Positions 1 through 13,875 of a DNA stretch of 64,000 nt are shown in pieces (the stretch's first letter is position 1; each line of letters opens with the position of its first letter). The stretch spans positions 112,073 through 176,072 of the forward strand of contig NW_018406394.1 in NCBI RefSeq assembly GCF_002113885.1, given 5' to 3'. A model generated the notes under the pieces. That model was not told the DNA's origin, ran no database searches, and saw only the letters and a list, made by a program, of their open reading frames with translations. Source of the stretch: Mizuhopecten yessoensis. Taxonomy: Eukaryota. Made by a program: the position numbers and the translations under genes.

Positions 1-4
1 CAAT

Positions 5-232
5 TCCAAGTATTGTCAGTATGGCAGGTGGTCGTGTGCGTCAGAGTCACACTTAACTATTCCAAGTATTGTCAGTATGGCAGGTGGTCGTGTGCCTCAG
101 AGTCACACTTAACTGTTCCAAGTATTGTCAGTATGGCAGGTGGTCGTGTACGTCAGAGTCACACTTATCTAATCCAAGTATTGTCAGTATGGCAGGTGGT
201 CGTGTGCGTCAGAGTCACACTTAGCTATTCCA
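5..232. repeat. 56-bp tandem repeat, ~4 copies (may extend left of the window)
   Basis: TCCAAGTATTGTCAGTATGGCAGGTGGTCGTGTGCGTCAGAGTCACACTTAACTAT recurs at 5, 61, 117 and 173. Confidence 0.95.
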
Positions 233-1823
233 CATGTCTCCTCGATACCAGTTTCCCTCAGCATGCCTTTAGATATTGTTATGCATTAGTTAATGTGTTT
301 TCATCCGAACGATTCTTTAATGTGGATCAGTTCCTAATCAAGGAAATCGGCATCCATAGTTTATAGTAGTAGCATGGGGTAATTGGTATTGATGATGCAA
401 TTTAAATAGATGCTCAAACTTAATTATATCTTCAATTTTTATAAAGTGATCTCGTAATTGTCACTTCTGTTCAAATAATTATTTTGATATTTTTCAACAA
501 CTGATTCATTTTCATCATTTTAGGAAAGATGCTGTCATGTTGTTCATCCGTACAGATTTTCTACACATCCCTTCAGTTTATATTTTGATAATGATCATCG
601 AAATCATTGATGAAAGCTACAAATAATTTAACTTTCACTTTGAAAATAAAATCAACTATTGTCATTTCTTTACATGCACTTGAATGCTTCTTTTTACTAT
701 TTTTTTTTTAATTTTTTTTTTTTAATTTTTTTTCAAAATCATCAAGATCCTAGTGATATAAAAACCGTCTTTACATAGTGTAAGTAAGTACCCTTTTTAG
801 AACTGTACGGTATAATATCATACTATAAATACTCGATATTTGGCGAAATCTTTGTTTTCCCGTGACTTACTGGGGAGACTAAATCGCCAATTTGAATGTA
901 TTGAGAACAACTTTTCAGACACTAGAAAAAACTATCATTGTTGATTTCACAAACTCAACTCCTAGCAGAAGGTATATTTTCGACAATTAAGTCACCCAAA
1001 GTAGTCAAATACATCAACAAATACGTCTTAATTATGTGCATCAGTATACGATATATAATTATTCTGTTAATTATTTAATCAAGTAATACTCAAAATGGAG
1101 TATTAACACGTTGCTATGTAAGTTAATACTATCAAAGTTGAATGAACTGCAACAATAAATACTAGTTTGTTTGCAGTGCAGGACAATGCTTATCTACTAT
1201 GTCATAATTGAAAATACAAAATTACTTTTAAAAAAGGAAAATCTTATACTAAAAATATCAGCTTAACTAGTTTTTTTGGGTGTTTTTTTTCCATTAAATA
1301 AAAAAAACTAGAGCGTTCGATCTCTTCGCTGATTTTTGTTTTGTATTAAAATTTAGTAATGTGTACTTACAACGAAAACGTGAAGTGTTTTAACACTCTG
1401 ACCAATAATCTACTTTAATACACCACAATCAATTGTATATAGCCTCATTAAACTTAATTTGGAGCAATCGTAGTCTTTGAATTAGAGATATGTACTTTAA
1501 TATAGAGGTTTGTAGTGTTTTAGCGTGTTGTCAATCAAAATTGATTTGAGGCATGTACGATGTTTGTATTTGTCGTGAGATTTGCTTAACCTTATATAAC
1601 TTCTTTGTTTTCTCGAAGACAATACTTTGAGTTGCTTTTAGAATTTATTAATAAAAAAAAATCTTTAACGCAAAACGTTTACGCACTAAGTCAAATGCTT
1701 GGTGACGTCCGACATGTTTTGTTTGTTGTCAGATACTATTTTAATTTTAATTTGCTACAAGACAATTTTTGAGGTGACATTTGATTAATATAAGACATTT
1801 ATTTGAATGCGACTGAGCCTTAC

Positions 1824-2004
1824 CTCTTGCAGTGGTTGTATGGTCCATCCTGTCCCGCTGAGGAAATGTTAAGGTCTTCTTCTCATGGCCTTCCCCTATG
1901 CGCTTCCAAGCTCTTTTTGGGGTTTCCAAAGTGTTAAAATTCCTTATCTCGTCGAGGAATTTGTCACGGTGCATGTTCAAATGAAATCCTTTGGTATCAG
2001 TCAT
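1824..2004 (-). CDS. Possible coding exon of an unidentified minus-strand gene (60 aa, phase-1 donor)
   Basis: ATG at 2004 opens MTDTKGFHLN...DHTTTAR and ends at a good donor (AGAG|GTAAGG, 1823). No recognisable domain and no downstream exon identified. Confidence 0.25.
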
Positions 2005-3874
2005 AACAAAATGCTCGGTCAATTGTCAAACATTGACAATAATAAAACTGTTAAAGTAACAGTGTTTAGTTGCTAATGCATCACGAAAAGATTTAAAGGA
2101 AATGAAAGTACAGCGATGGGCTGTTGTCAGCAAAGTGTTTCAAAGCAAAACAAACCAGGCTGGTATATCGTCCAATATTCTGCAGTGATCTATAAGACAC
2201 GACTATGACTGATCAATACCCATCTGAAGGTGTCTATATGCGCTGTACACCACCAACCGAGTACGCCCTTCTACTACCGGCACCACAACCAATGCGCCCT
2301 ATCTCTCTCATACCATTACATCAATACCGGCCACCGCTCCGTCACACCCAGGCTTCAGGTTCTCAGAACTCACAACACTATTCATTGAACACTGATGATA
2401 TTTTTGTTCGAGTGCCACTTGCAGTGTCCAGGATTTTTTCTCTCTATCGGCGGTCCGAAATTATGCACATTTCATAATTATATCTACAATTGCAATCAGC
2501 GCGGTATATAGATGCTATTTTCCGATATTTCTGTCAGACTCTCGAAAAGCGCATTCGATTAATTCAGATGGATCTCTTTGCCTTCAGTATTTCCGATAAC
2601 ATCTTATGTACATATCTTTACGTCAATCCATTTGATTAGCTTTGAAAACACTCTCAATGAAATGTCAACTGGTCGGAATACCCAACAAGCTTCTGGTTTT
2701 CCCCAAACAATTTCTTTAAGATAAGAATCTGACTCTATCTGAAACACAATATGTTTGATCATGAAAACATTACAAAATGCCTTGTTGCGCTACTCATGCA
2801 AAATTTAATTGCATCAACCGTATTATTCTGATTTGCATTCGATAATTTCCATACTTATTATATCATAATGTACCCCGCTTTATCCCAATTCCCTGATTAA
2901 AGCTAAAAATAAGGTTAGAAAATACAAGACACACGATTTCTTCTTTGCCTTGCATGTATGCAATAATTAACATAAACACTGTCGTGCTGTTTGCGACACA
3001 AATCGCTTTTATTTATCATCGGGAGTACAAGAACCCACTGGCAATTATGCTCTGTAGGTTGGTTGACAGAAGAGTTATTTCATTGCCTAACCTTGATAAT
3101 AAATCAAATCTCTAGTATTTAACTAAATAAGAAGGATAGTAAAAACGCATGTGAGCTGAGCATAACCTATTTCGTTCTCATGTCCTTCGTCCAGGCTCTT
3201 CCATTTTATTATTGGCCATGTATTCAGTGTGATCACAGCATTAGTACGTCTAAAATGCCGAGAAGCCCATCATCCTTTTACTGAATACTTTACCTCGAAA
3301 ACTCCTTAAAGTTTTAGATGTCTTTATCAGAAAACAGACAAAACGCACAAGTTTGTATTTTTTACTCTTGATGTGAAAACAAGAAACCTATCGAACCTTC
3401 GAAGTAAGTACGTGTATGTAGCCTCTCTAGCTGACAAATCTTCTAACATCATTAGCCTTGCTATCCTATTACGTAAGCTGACGTAATAAAGAGATAGGTG
3501 TGATGGATACTGTTTGTGATTCTACTTACACTTGGGTGTCACTCTATACAGACGAGATGCTGACCAACCGTAGACCATGTTGATCCTCTATATTGGATCT
3601 CTGAATTGCACAGAAAATTGTCGAAAAGCAGTATATTATCGCATCTTCCACTTGTTCAACTAAATCAATTCCCGTACTCTTACAACCAAACTTCGCTATA
3701 CAGGTTATACTTCCGCGTTAGTGTAAAGGAACGCATACATCATATGTGTAATCGAAATATTGAATGTGAAGTTACTTGACCTGAAATTGTTGTTGCAATG
3801 TTGAATTTGCGATCGTTAATTATTTTAAAAAGAGTTAAATATATCTTGTCAACAGCCATGGATGCAATAACAAC

Positions 3875-4680
3875 AGTAAAATAGTAGTGTATGTAATAGC
3901 AATAATAAAATAGTCTTGTAAGTAGTAACAGCAGTATAAATAGACTTGTAAGTAGTAACAGCAGTATAAATAGCCTTGTTTGTATTAACATCAGTATAAA
4001 TAGTTATGTATGTACAAAATGTAGTAACAGCAGTATAAGTAGTTGTGTATGATGTAACATCATTATAATTGCATGTAGCACTGTTTGTAATTTCAGCAAT
4101 AGAAATTAGTTTTGTTTGTAGTAACAGCAGTATATAAAGTCGCGTATATAGTAACAGCAATATAAATACAATTGTAGTCGTGTATATAGTAACAGCAGTA
4201 TAAATAGTCGTGTATATAGTAACAGCAGTATATATAGTCGTGTATATGTTACATAACAGCAGTATATATAGTCGTGTATATAGTAACAGCAGTATGAATA
4301 ATCGTATATATAGTAACAGCAGTATAAATTGTCGTGTATATAGCAACAGCAGTACTAGTATTACTAGTCTTTTAAATAGTAATACAATGTAGCATAACAA
4401 GTCTTGTACATTTTGTACGTACATGTAGTAACAGCTATATTAATAGTTGTGTACGTAGTAACAGCATTATAAATAGATGTGCATGTAGTAACAGCGGTAT
4501 AAATAGCCTTGTTTGTAGTAACAGCGGTATAAATAGCCGTGTTTGTAGTAACAGCGGTATTGATAGTTGTGTATGTACATTGTGTATACATAGTAACAGC
4601 AGTATAAATAGTTGAACATTGTGCATTGTGTATATATGGTAACAGCAGTATAAATAGTTGAACATTGTGCATTGTGTATA
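3875..4680. repeat. Degenerate ~30-bp minisatellite (core TAGTAACAGCAGTATAAATAG plus variable ~9-nt linker), grading into 46-bp units
   Basis: The core recurs at ~30-bp spacing; the last two units before the N at 4681 are 46-bp variants. Confidence 0.85.
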
Positions 4681-4681
4681 N

Positions 4682-7600
4682 TGTACATTGTGTATATATA
4701 GTAACAGCAGTATAAATAGTTGGACATTGTACATTGTGTATATATAGTAACAGCAGTATAAATAGTTGGACATTGTACATTGTGTATATATAGTAACAGC
4801 AGTATAAATAGTTGGACATTGTACATTGTGTATATATAGTAACAGCAGTATAAATAGTTGGACATTGTACATTGTGTATATATAGTAACAGCAGTATAAA
4901 TAGTTGGACATTGTACATTGTGTATATATAGTAACAGCAGTATAAATAGTTGGACATTGTACATTGTGTATATATAGTAACAGCAGTATAAATAGTTGGA
5001 CATTGTACATTGTGTATATATAGTAACAGCAGTATAAATAGTTGGACATTGTACATTGTGTATATATAGTAACAGCAGTATAAATAGTTGGACATTGTAC
5101 ATTGTGTATATATAGTAACAGCAGTATAAATAGTTGGACATTGTACATTGTGTATATATAGTAACAGCAGTATAAATAGTTGGACATTGTACATTGTGTA
5201 TATATAGTAACAGCAGTATAAATAGTTGGACATTGTACATTGTGTATATATAGTAACAGCAGTATAAATAGTTGGACATTGTACATTGTGTATATATAGT
5301 AACAGCAGTATAAATAGTTGGACATTGTACATTGTGTATATATAGTAACAGCAGTATAAATAGTTGGACATTGTACATTGTGTATATATAGTAACAGCAG
5401 TATAAATAGTTGGACATTGTACATTGTGTATATATAGTAACAGCAGTATAAATAGTTGGACATTGTACATTGTGTATATATAGTAACAGCAGTATAAATA
5501 GTTGGACATTGTACATTGTGTATATATAGTAACAGCAGTATAAATAGTTGGACATTGTACATTGTGTATATATAGTAACAGCAGTATAAATAGTTGGACA
5601 TTGTACATTGTGTATATATAGTAACAGCAGTATAAATAGTTGGACATTGTACATTGTGTATATATAGTAACAGCAGTATAAATAGTTGGACATTGTACAT
5701 TGTGTATATATAGTAACAGCAGTATAAATAGTTGGACATTGTACATTGTGTATATATAGTAACAGCAGTATAAATAGTTGGACATTGTACATTGTGTATA
5801 TATAGTAACAGCAGTATAAATAGTTGGACATTGTACATTGTGTATATATAGTAACAGCAGTATAAATAGTTGGACATTGTACATTGTGTATATATAGTAA
5901 CAGCAGTATAAATAGTTGGACATTGTACATTGTGTATATATAGTAACAGCAGTATAAATAGTTGGACATTGTACATTGTGTATATATAGTAACAGCAGTA
6001 TAAATAGTTGGACATTGTACATTGTGTATATATAGTAACAGCAGTATAAATAGTTGGACATTGTACATTGTGTATATATAGTAACAGCAGTATAAATAGT
6101 TGGACATTGTACATTGTGTATATATAGTAACAGCAGTATAAATAGTTGGACATTGTACATTGTGTATATATAGTAACAGCAGTATAAATAGTTGGACATT
6201 GTACATTGTGTATATATAGTAACAGCAGTATAAATAGTTGGACATTGTACATTGTGTATATATAGTAACAGCAGTATAAATAGTTGGACATTGTACATTG
6301 TGTATATATAGTAACAGCAGTATAAATAGTTGGACATTGTACATTGTGTATATATAGTAACAGCAGTATAAATAGTTGGACATTGTACATTGTGTATATA
6401 TAGTAACAGCAGTATAAATAGTTGGACATTGTACATTGTGTATATATAGTAACAGCAGTATAAATAGTTGGACATTGTACATTGTGTATATATAGTAACA
6501 GCAGTATAAATAGTTGGACATTGTACATTGTGTATATATAGTAACAGCAGTATAAATAGTTGGACATTGTACATTGTGTATATATAGTAACAGCAGTATA
6601 AATAGTTGGACATTGTACATTGTGTATATATAGTAACAGCAGTATAAATAGTTGGACATTGTACATTGTGTATATATAGTAACAGCAGTATAAATAGTTG
6701 GACATTGTACATTGTGTATATATAGTAACAGCAGTATAAATAGTTGGACATTGTACATTGTGTATATATAGTAACAGCAGTATAAATAGTTGGACATTGT
6801 ACATTGTGTATATATAGTAACAGCAGTATAAATAGTTGGACATTGTACATTGTGTATATATAGTAACAGCAGTATAAATAGTTGGACATTGTACATTGTG
6901 TATATATAGTAACAGCAGTATAAATAGTTGGACATTGTACATTGTGTATATATAGTAACAGCAGTATAAATAGTTGGACATTGTACATTGTGTATATATA
7001 GTAACAGCAGTATAAATAGTTGGACATTGTACATTGTGTATATATAGTAACAGCAGTATAAATAGTTGGACATTGTACATTGTGTATATATAGTAACAGC
7101 AGTATAAATAGTTGGACATTGTACATTGTGTATATATAGTAACAGCAGTATAAATAGTTGGACATTGTACATTGTGTATATATAGTAACAGCAGTATAAA
7201 TAGTTGGACATTGTACATTGTGTATATATAGTAACAGCAGTATAAATAGTTGGACATTGTACATTGTGTATATATAGTAACAGCAGTATAAATAGTTGGA
7301 CATTGTACATTGTGTATATATAGTAACAGCAGTATAAATAGTTGGACATTGTACATTGTGTATATATAGTAACAGCAGTATAAATAGTTGGACATTGTAC
7401 ATTGTGTATATATAGTAACAGCAGTATAAATAGTTGGACATTGTACATTGTGTATATATAGTAACAGCAGTATAAATAGTTGGACATTGTACATTGTGTA
7501 TATATAGTAACAGCAGTATAAATAGTTGGACATTGTACATTGTGTATATATAGTAACAGCAGTATAAATAGTTGGACATTGTACATTGTGTATATATAGT

Positions 7601-8262
7601 AACAGCAGTATAAATAGTTGGACATTGTACATTGTGTATATATAGTAACAGCAGTATAAATAGTTGGACATTGTACATTGTGTATATATAGTAACAGCAG
7701 TATAAATAGTTGGACATTGTACATTGTGTATATATAGTAACAGCAGTATAAATAGTTGGACATTGTACATTGTGTATATATAGTAACAGCAGTATAAATA
7801 GTTGGACATTGTACATTGTGTATATATAGTAACAGCAGTATAAATAGTTGGACATTGTACATTGTGTATATATAGTAACAGCAGTATAAATAGTTGGACA
7901 TTGTACATTGTGTATATATAGTAACAGCAGTATAAATAGTTGGACATTGTACATTGTGTATATATAGTAACAGCAGTATAAATAGTTGGACATTGTACAT
8001 TGTGTATATATAGTAACAGCAGTATAAATAGTTGGACATTGTACATTGTGTATATATAGTAACAGCAGTATAAATAGTTGGACATTGTACATTGTGTATA
8101 TATAGTAACAGCAGTATAAATAGTTGGACATTGTACATTGTGTATATATAGTAACAGCAGTATAAATAGTTGGACATTGTACATTGTGTATATATAGTAA
8201 CAGCAGTATAAATAGTTGGACATTGTACATTGTGTATATATAGTAACAGCAGTATAAATAGC
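4682..8262. repeat. Homogeneous 46-bp satellite, ~78 identical copies
   Basis: Unit GTACATTGTGTATATATAGTAACAGCAGTATAAATAGTTGGACATT repeats with no visible variant and starts right after an N at 4681. Confidence 0.98.
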
Positions 8263-8330
8263 CGTGTATGCAGTTACATGAGCACAACATAGCTCTGTAA
8301 TTCAGAAACTGCATTAATTGTTTTGTTTTA

Positions 8331-8555
8331 GGGCCGTGATGGCCAAGTTGTTAAGGCGTCTGCCAATCTGCTAGCACTAGCCCTCCACCACAGGGTCGCA
8401 GGTTCGAGACCTTCGTGGGGAAGTCGCCAGGTACTGGTCGTAGGTCGGTGGTTTTTCTCCGGGAACTCCAGCTTTCCTCCACCTCAAAAACCTGGCACGT
8501 CCTAAAATGACCCTAGCTGTTAATAGGACGTAAACCACAAACAAACCAAACCAAA
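8331..8555 (+). mobile_element. tRNA-derived SINE with V-domain-like core
   Basis: A-box-like TGGCCAAGTTG, B-box GGTTCGAGACC (8401), V-domain-like GGTTTTTCTCCGGGAACTCCAGCTTTCCTCC, 3' hairpin ACGTCCTA...TAGGACGT and an (AAACC)n tail. Confidence 0.85.
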
Positions 8556-11500
8556 CTCTTTTACACTAACTAGAGTAACAAAAACTCCATGTATCTCCAT
8601 TTGTATTTTAACATATGATCTGCTACAAATGTGTTTTTCCATATTTTATACCACTTTCATACTAAAGGTTAATCATGTCTTAAAAATTTTGTTTAATAAC
8701 TGTTATTTCTTTCTGAAAAGGCCAATGGTAACACAGAGAACTTGTTGTGAATACAAACGACACTAATTTGGATAAAACATCACACTATTTACATGTTAAA
8801 AAGACACAGATACCACCATGTCTGCATCATTAATGTTAAGTCGACAATATTTTCGTTGAATTTGATCAAATATGATTATCAAAACGCTACCTGCATTCCA
8901 AAAGGACATACAATGTACCAATGCACTAGAATCAGCCGATCTGTTTCTGTAGGAAGCTGTCTGTTTTAAATAGGAGCTATAAAGAATATTCTCCGATTTA
9001 TTTATGCCTTTTTCATTTTTGTTGTTATGATTTTTGTCCTGGAATAAAATGAACATCCTGTACAATACACAATCCCCATTGTCATCTACATCAAGTATGA
9101 TTACAATAGTCACCAAATTCTATGTAAGACGTGATCACATTAATGTGGCTATCTGTATCTTTCATTTCCATGGAAGAAACATTTCAGCCTTTTACATATT
9201 GCTCGAGATGCTGTAAATGTCCGGATGTGCATGATGTATAAATGTATGTACATCCAGCCTGTATAATACCAAATATAATGCGTAATCAGGGTTGTTAACA
9301 GGAGCAATTTTAATCTACGCCTGGAAAGGTGGGGTCAACATTTGGCCCCCACTTTGATTTCTTTTATTCTTTTGCCATATGTAGATACATACAAATGATC
9401 AATAACTGCATAAATGATTATTTGTAATCGCTACGGATAACCGTAGTGGACCTCCTTGCATAACACCAGGTTGAGGGACGGGGGTATCCTAACAAAGGGA
9501 CAGGTAAATGTTACAGGCTAGTGTTATTTTGAAAATGAACTATGATAGTGTACAGTGTATAAAATTACTGTTATTTTGATACTAAATATGTCACATTGGT
9601 ATACATGAAGTAAGCTTAGTGATACTATTAATTAGAAAAACATGCAAATTTTTCACAAAATATAAGATATAACCAACATTGTGAACTTGCCTTTATATAG
9701 TTACAATAGTAGTCTATATTTTAAACTTCTTTAAAAACTTTCCATATATGTATTCTGTCTACAGAATTATTTTTATGTAATATCAAAACCGGTTAAGTAC
9801 TTTTTTAGCATCTCCTTTAGACAACTCCTTCTAACGAAAGTTTCCAGATATGACAACTAGCAGTTGTGCATCCAGGTATACATTTTCATTCTGAACCTTT
9901 TTTACGGAGTAATGGCCCTTTGATGAAAAATACTTGTCCAGACAACTTCTCTAAAACTACGGGACCAACTTCAACGGAAGTTTACAGAATTTGTAACTGC
10001 CTCCTGACATTGTGCATCCAAGTAGTATGTTTTCATTCCGACCGTTTTAAAGGGAGTTTGGGCCTTTGTTGAAAAAAACTTTGTCTGCCTCATAAACAAC
10101 TGGGCCGATTTCAATGAATGTTTACAGATATGGTAATTACCCTCTGATGTCGTGCTTAAGGGTAGTATATGGCCCTTTGTTAAAAATCTTTGTCTTGACA
10201 CCTCTGTCTTAACTACTAGGACGATGGCAGCAAAACTGGTTCATCTGGGCTAACACGATTTGGTATGGAAGTATGTTTTGGCATGGGGCATGGGTAGTAT
10301 GTCAGTGACATATATACTTAAACAATTACTGGTGGGAGACTAGGGATTGTTTTGCAATGCTTGCCCTTAGTTAGCCTTTAGCTTACAGTTCTGGGTTATT
10401 TAGGAGCCGGGGTATAAGTAACAGTATCTTATATCGTAAACTTTTAACAAATAAAGCAAGGAAAGAAATCCTTGTCTGACTCCCCATACAAAATGTTTGT
10501 TTCAGCATAATTGATTTTTGTGACCGTGAACTAATGTCAAGGTCATCAACATTAACAAAACTTAAATTCATTCACATGAACAACCTACTTGCCAAATGTC
10601 AAGACCCAAGGACCTTCGGTAATAAAGGAAAAGTGGAAAGAAAGCTACGATTTTCTTTTTTTGAATCCAAAGGTATATATGATAAACATACCGGTTGTTA
10701 TTTTTTTGAAATTTGATAGATATTATTTGTAGCCAACTTTTAAGCAAGAATGAAAAATAGACTAGTAATAGACCTATATATATTAAAAATGGAAAAAAAA
10801 TCATTAGTAATGAAATTTCACATACTTTTTTGCTTAAATCTTAAATAAAAAGCATAACTCTTTCTTAGAATAGTGTAATATTCGGTATCAAAATAACAGA
10901 TTGAATATGTTGCACATGATGTTATCATTTTATAGTAATTGTGTCATTTTTTTAGGAGGAGTTGTATTACCGCGCCTTTAACATCCACACAGGTGTAAGT
11001 CAATGAGGTCCCATTTATCATAAAATGAATTCTGAAAATAACTGTTCCTGATTTAAGCTTCCTATACCCATACCTTTTTGTATTTATCTTGATTTGAAAT
11101 TCCAAGCAGCGGCCGACGCTAATGTTAAATCTCCATATACGTTGACCCTACCTTTTACGTTGATGGCCTTTATGCTTTCAACCTAATACATGTCAGTGTC
11201 TGATATGATAAAAGACAGGTCTTACCTATTTTTTGTCGGTGATGATGTGCAGTTTGTCGGAGATATCATAACGGGTGCCATATGTGTTGCAGAAATCAAT
11301 TGCCACACTGGGTTTTACATCCGACATTTTGTTGGTGTTCAAGGTGACATACGTTTTGTTTTAGCATTCCTGCGGTTCCTGCTGTTGTGTTTTTGTATCG
11401 AGTTTTAGAAAATTAACATGGATATAATGGAATTGGTGAGAAATTAACCGTAAGACTCAATAACTTTATCCTAATGTGCTTAATTCGTTTCTTTATTTTG

Positions 11501-12480
11501 TTCCCCTCACTCTAAAGCGCGTCTGCTGTCACAGAACTCAATTTATTTCTCTAAAATATCGTTGTTTCTGAGTAAAACACATTTTCCTGGGTGGATCCTG
11601 TCAGTTTGAACATTTTGAATCGGTACTATGGCATGTGAGAAATATCTATTCGATTACACCCAATGCAACAACCTACGGTACGCTGCCATGAAAGAAATGA
11701 CGCCTGTTGTATTAAGTTCGGTGCATCTGGCCTACGGTATTTCGCCATATGATAAATGCATGCCTGTTGTTTAACTCTCAGTGCAGCTGTCCCACTGAAC
11801 GCTATTCAATGAGACAGGCCTATTCAGCCACGATGTGAGACAACCCTTCTGAACTGAGCCGATTTAGACAGGCCCAATTGACTACGCCTACTAGAGATGT
11901 CGTCTATGGTGGTTCTATGACAATAACTATTCATTGATGGCTTTCATTGTATAGGAATGTTTTTTGAAAGCCTTCTATTAAGCTTATTACTTTTTCATTG
12001 ACATATCAGGTCGGCATTGTTCGATATCTACAATGTTACAGTAAAGATTTTGATCGTTAACGGGACAAATACATTATTTTATTGTCGATGTGATCAAAAT
12101 CTCACTAGTGATTGTTTAATAATAACAAGTGTGAGGTCGAAATTGCATATGAACTAGCTGCTATATTTTTCTGGTGTGAGAGATTCATTTCCGAGCGGTA
12201 TGAAAAGTGACTGGAACATGTTTTTGGACGTAGTATGTATGTGGGTTTTTTTCAAGTCTGAGGACGACCTATCTAAGATGAACCTACGGCGATAAATGTG
12301 AGACCTTAAGGACGTCTTGAACACAGCTAAATTATTTCAGACATCGATCAAGGTTGCTACTCAGTTCTCTTAGTACCGTAATAAACACACGATCTATATA
12401 GGTTTTCTATTCAGTATGGAGACATGGAGGTCGGAAAGTATTGTTATTTGACGTCCTAATTAGAAGTTCGGCCTATAAGT

Positions 12481-12537
12481 TCACTCCCAGAGTGTTACCC
12501 ACTAGTGGTCACTCCCAGAGTGTTACCCACTAGTGGG
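12481..12537. repeat. 28-bp direct duplication
   Basis: TCACTCCCAGAGTGTTACCCACTAGTGG occurs twice in tandem. Confidence 0.85.
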
Positions 12538-13194
12538 TTGCCGAAAATATTTACCAAATCTTTTGTGGCAGGTTTATCCAATTAGTCGGGGATGGGGCAA
12601 CCTATGGTGGAGAATTGGATTAAAAACAATAAGTAGTAATAATTGGGATCCTATTAAAAGCCTGTTTATTACTTCGACCACTGTATATGGGTACAATCTT
12701 ATCAAACATGCCCTTAAATAGATCGATGATATGTTATTGTGTAGAGAGGTTCATGCCATATCATCGAATTTGTCATAATAAATTAAGTTGTTTATCAATT
12801 CAGTACATCTCATAACTGTGAATGTCTTTTACCATTCCTACGATGTAATTGCAAATATCTGTAATGTATGCGTTTTTGTTAATACTTATTCATCGGTGTT
12901 TTTATTTCTATTTGCTTTTCTCAGATTGTCAATTAACTTGTCATAAATGCAAACTCCACGTTTTCTCTCATTTTGTCGTACCGCTCACATGATTTTCCGT
13001 TTTTGTTGGCCCTAGACACTTCCTATCTACGATATCTTTTGTTACAAACGACGGAATTTGAATGAAGTGTTAAGGTATTATTGTACCGCATATACACTGT
13101 AGTTGTTGTTATAGTGGCAATAAACAGGGAAATTACTCATAAAAAAACTCAAAGGCTCGAAAAAAGTAGTACGAATTTTCTAGTGTTTTTAGTT

Positions 13195-13875
13195 CTACGT
13201 TTTGCTGTCTTTTAAGAACAATTAATTTGCTTATCACGTCGACCGTAAATATCCACCTGAGCTTGAAATCAAGTACACCACAGCCTCTTTTACTTTTACA
13301 ACTGACTTACAGCATGATCAACAGGGACGGTTTACTTCTAAACTGTCTGATAAGCGGAATGTTTTCAACTTTTCAATTGGGATTTTCCCTTTCTTGATAG
13401 CAACACCTACGTGTGTTTATATGTCGCAGTTGATGCGGCCTTCCACGGCTTGGTCCGATTATCATGACTGCTGCGATAGATGTCTACTACTGACGGACAG
13501 ATGCACGTTGATTACTCTGTTTTGTGGTCACCATCGTGATGTCGTGGGGAAATACATAATGCATTCCATGTTATTGTTTGATATGAAGGTCAAAGTTTTT
13601 CTATTATGCTCATTGGTGAGCCTTGAGATTTTGTCACTACCCGAGTTCTGGAGGGAGGACGTGAAATCACTTGGATTTGACTTAGATTTACGTCGTATGT
13701 GTTGTAAATGACGCAAAAGACGCTTGCCTTTCCGGAACACCTGATTTTATTCTTATCGTAATTTTTTACAAGAACCTCAACGGATTACACTGTATTTCCT
13801 TTGTTAATATATCGCCAAAGGTGTGTTGATTTTGAGTTAGAGTTACGGTTTTGTTGACACTTCGCTATTCTGTTG
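13195..13875 (+). mobile_element. Penelope-like retroelement, decayed RT C-terminus and 3' tail
   Basis: Frameshifted translation YPPELEIK...SKLSDKRNVFNFSI...VYMSQLMR...SDYHD. The tail TTCCGGAACACCTG is shared with 17455. Confidence 0.75.

Noticed and set aside
4364-8314. Three 1236-1316-aa ORFs
   Set aside because: They are translations of a stop-free 46-bp satellite, giving the same periodic peptide in all frames with no gene structure.
8331-8415. tRNA gene (also 25648-25720 and 52150-52212)
   Set aside because: A/B boxes are present, but there is no proper cloverleaf or Pol III terminator and the sequences continue into SINE bodies.
9290-11080. Probable non-autonomous DNA elements with internal degenerate repeats
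   Set aside because: The region looks repetitive, but boundaries and termini could not be fixed by eye.
11190-11408. Exon-like segment ending in a GTAAG donor on the minus strand
   Set aside because: The best frame has in-frame stops, including one immediately before the donor; no partner exons found.
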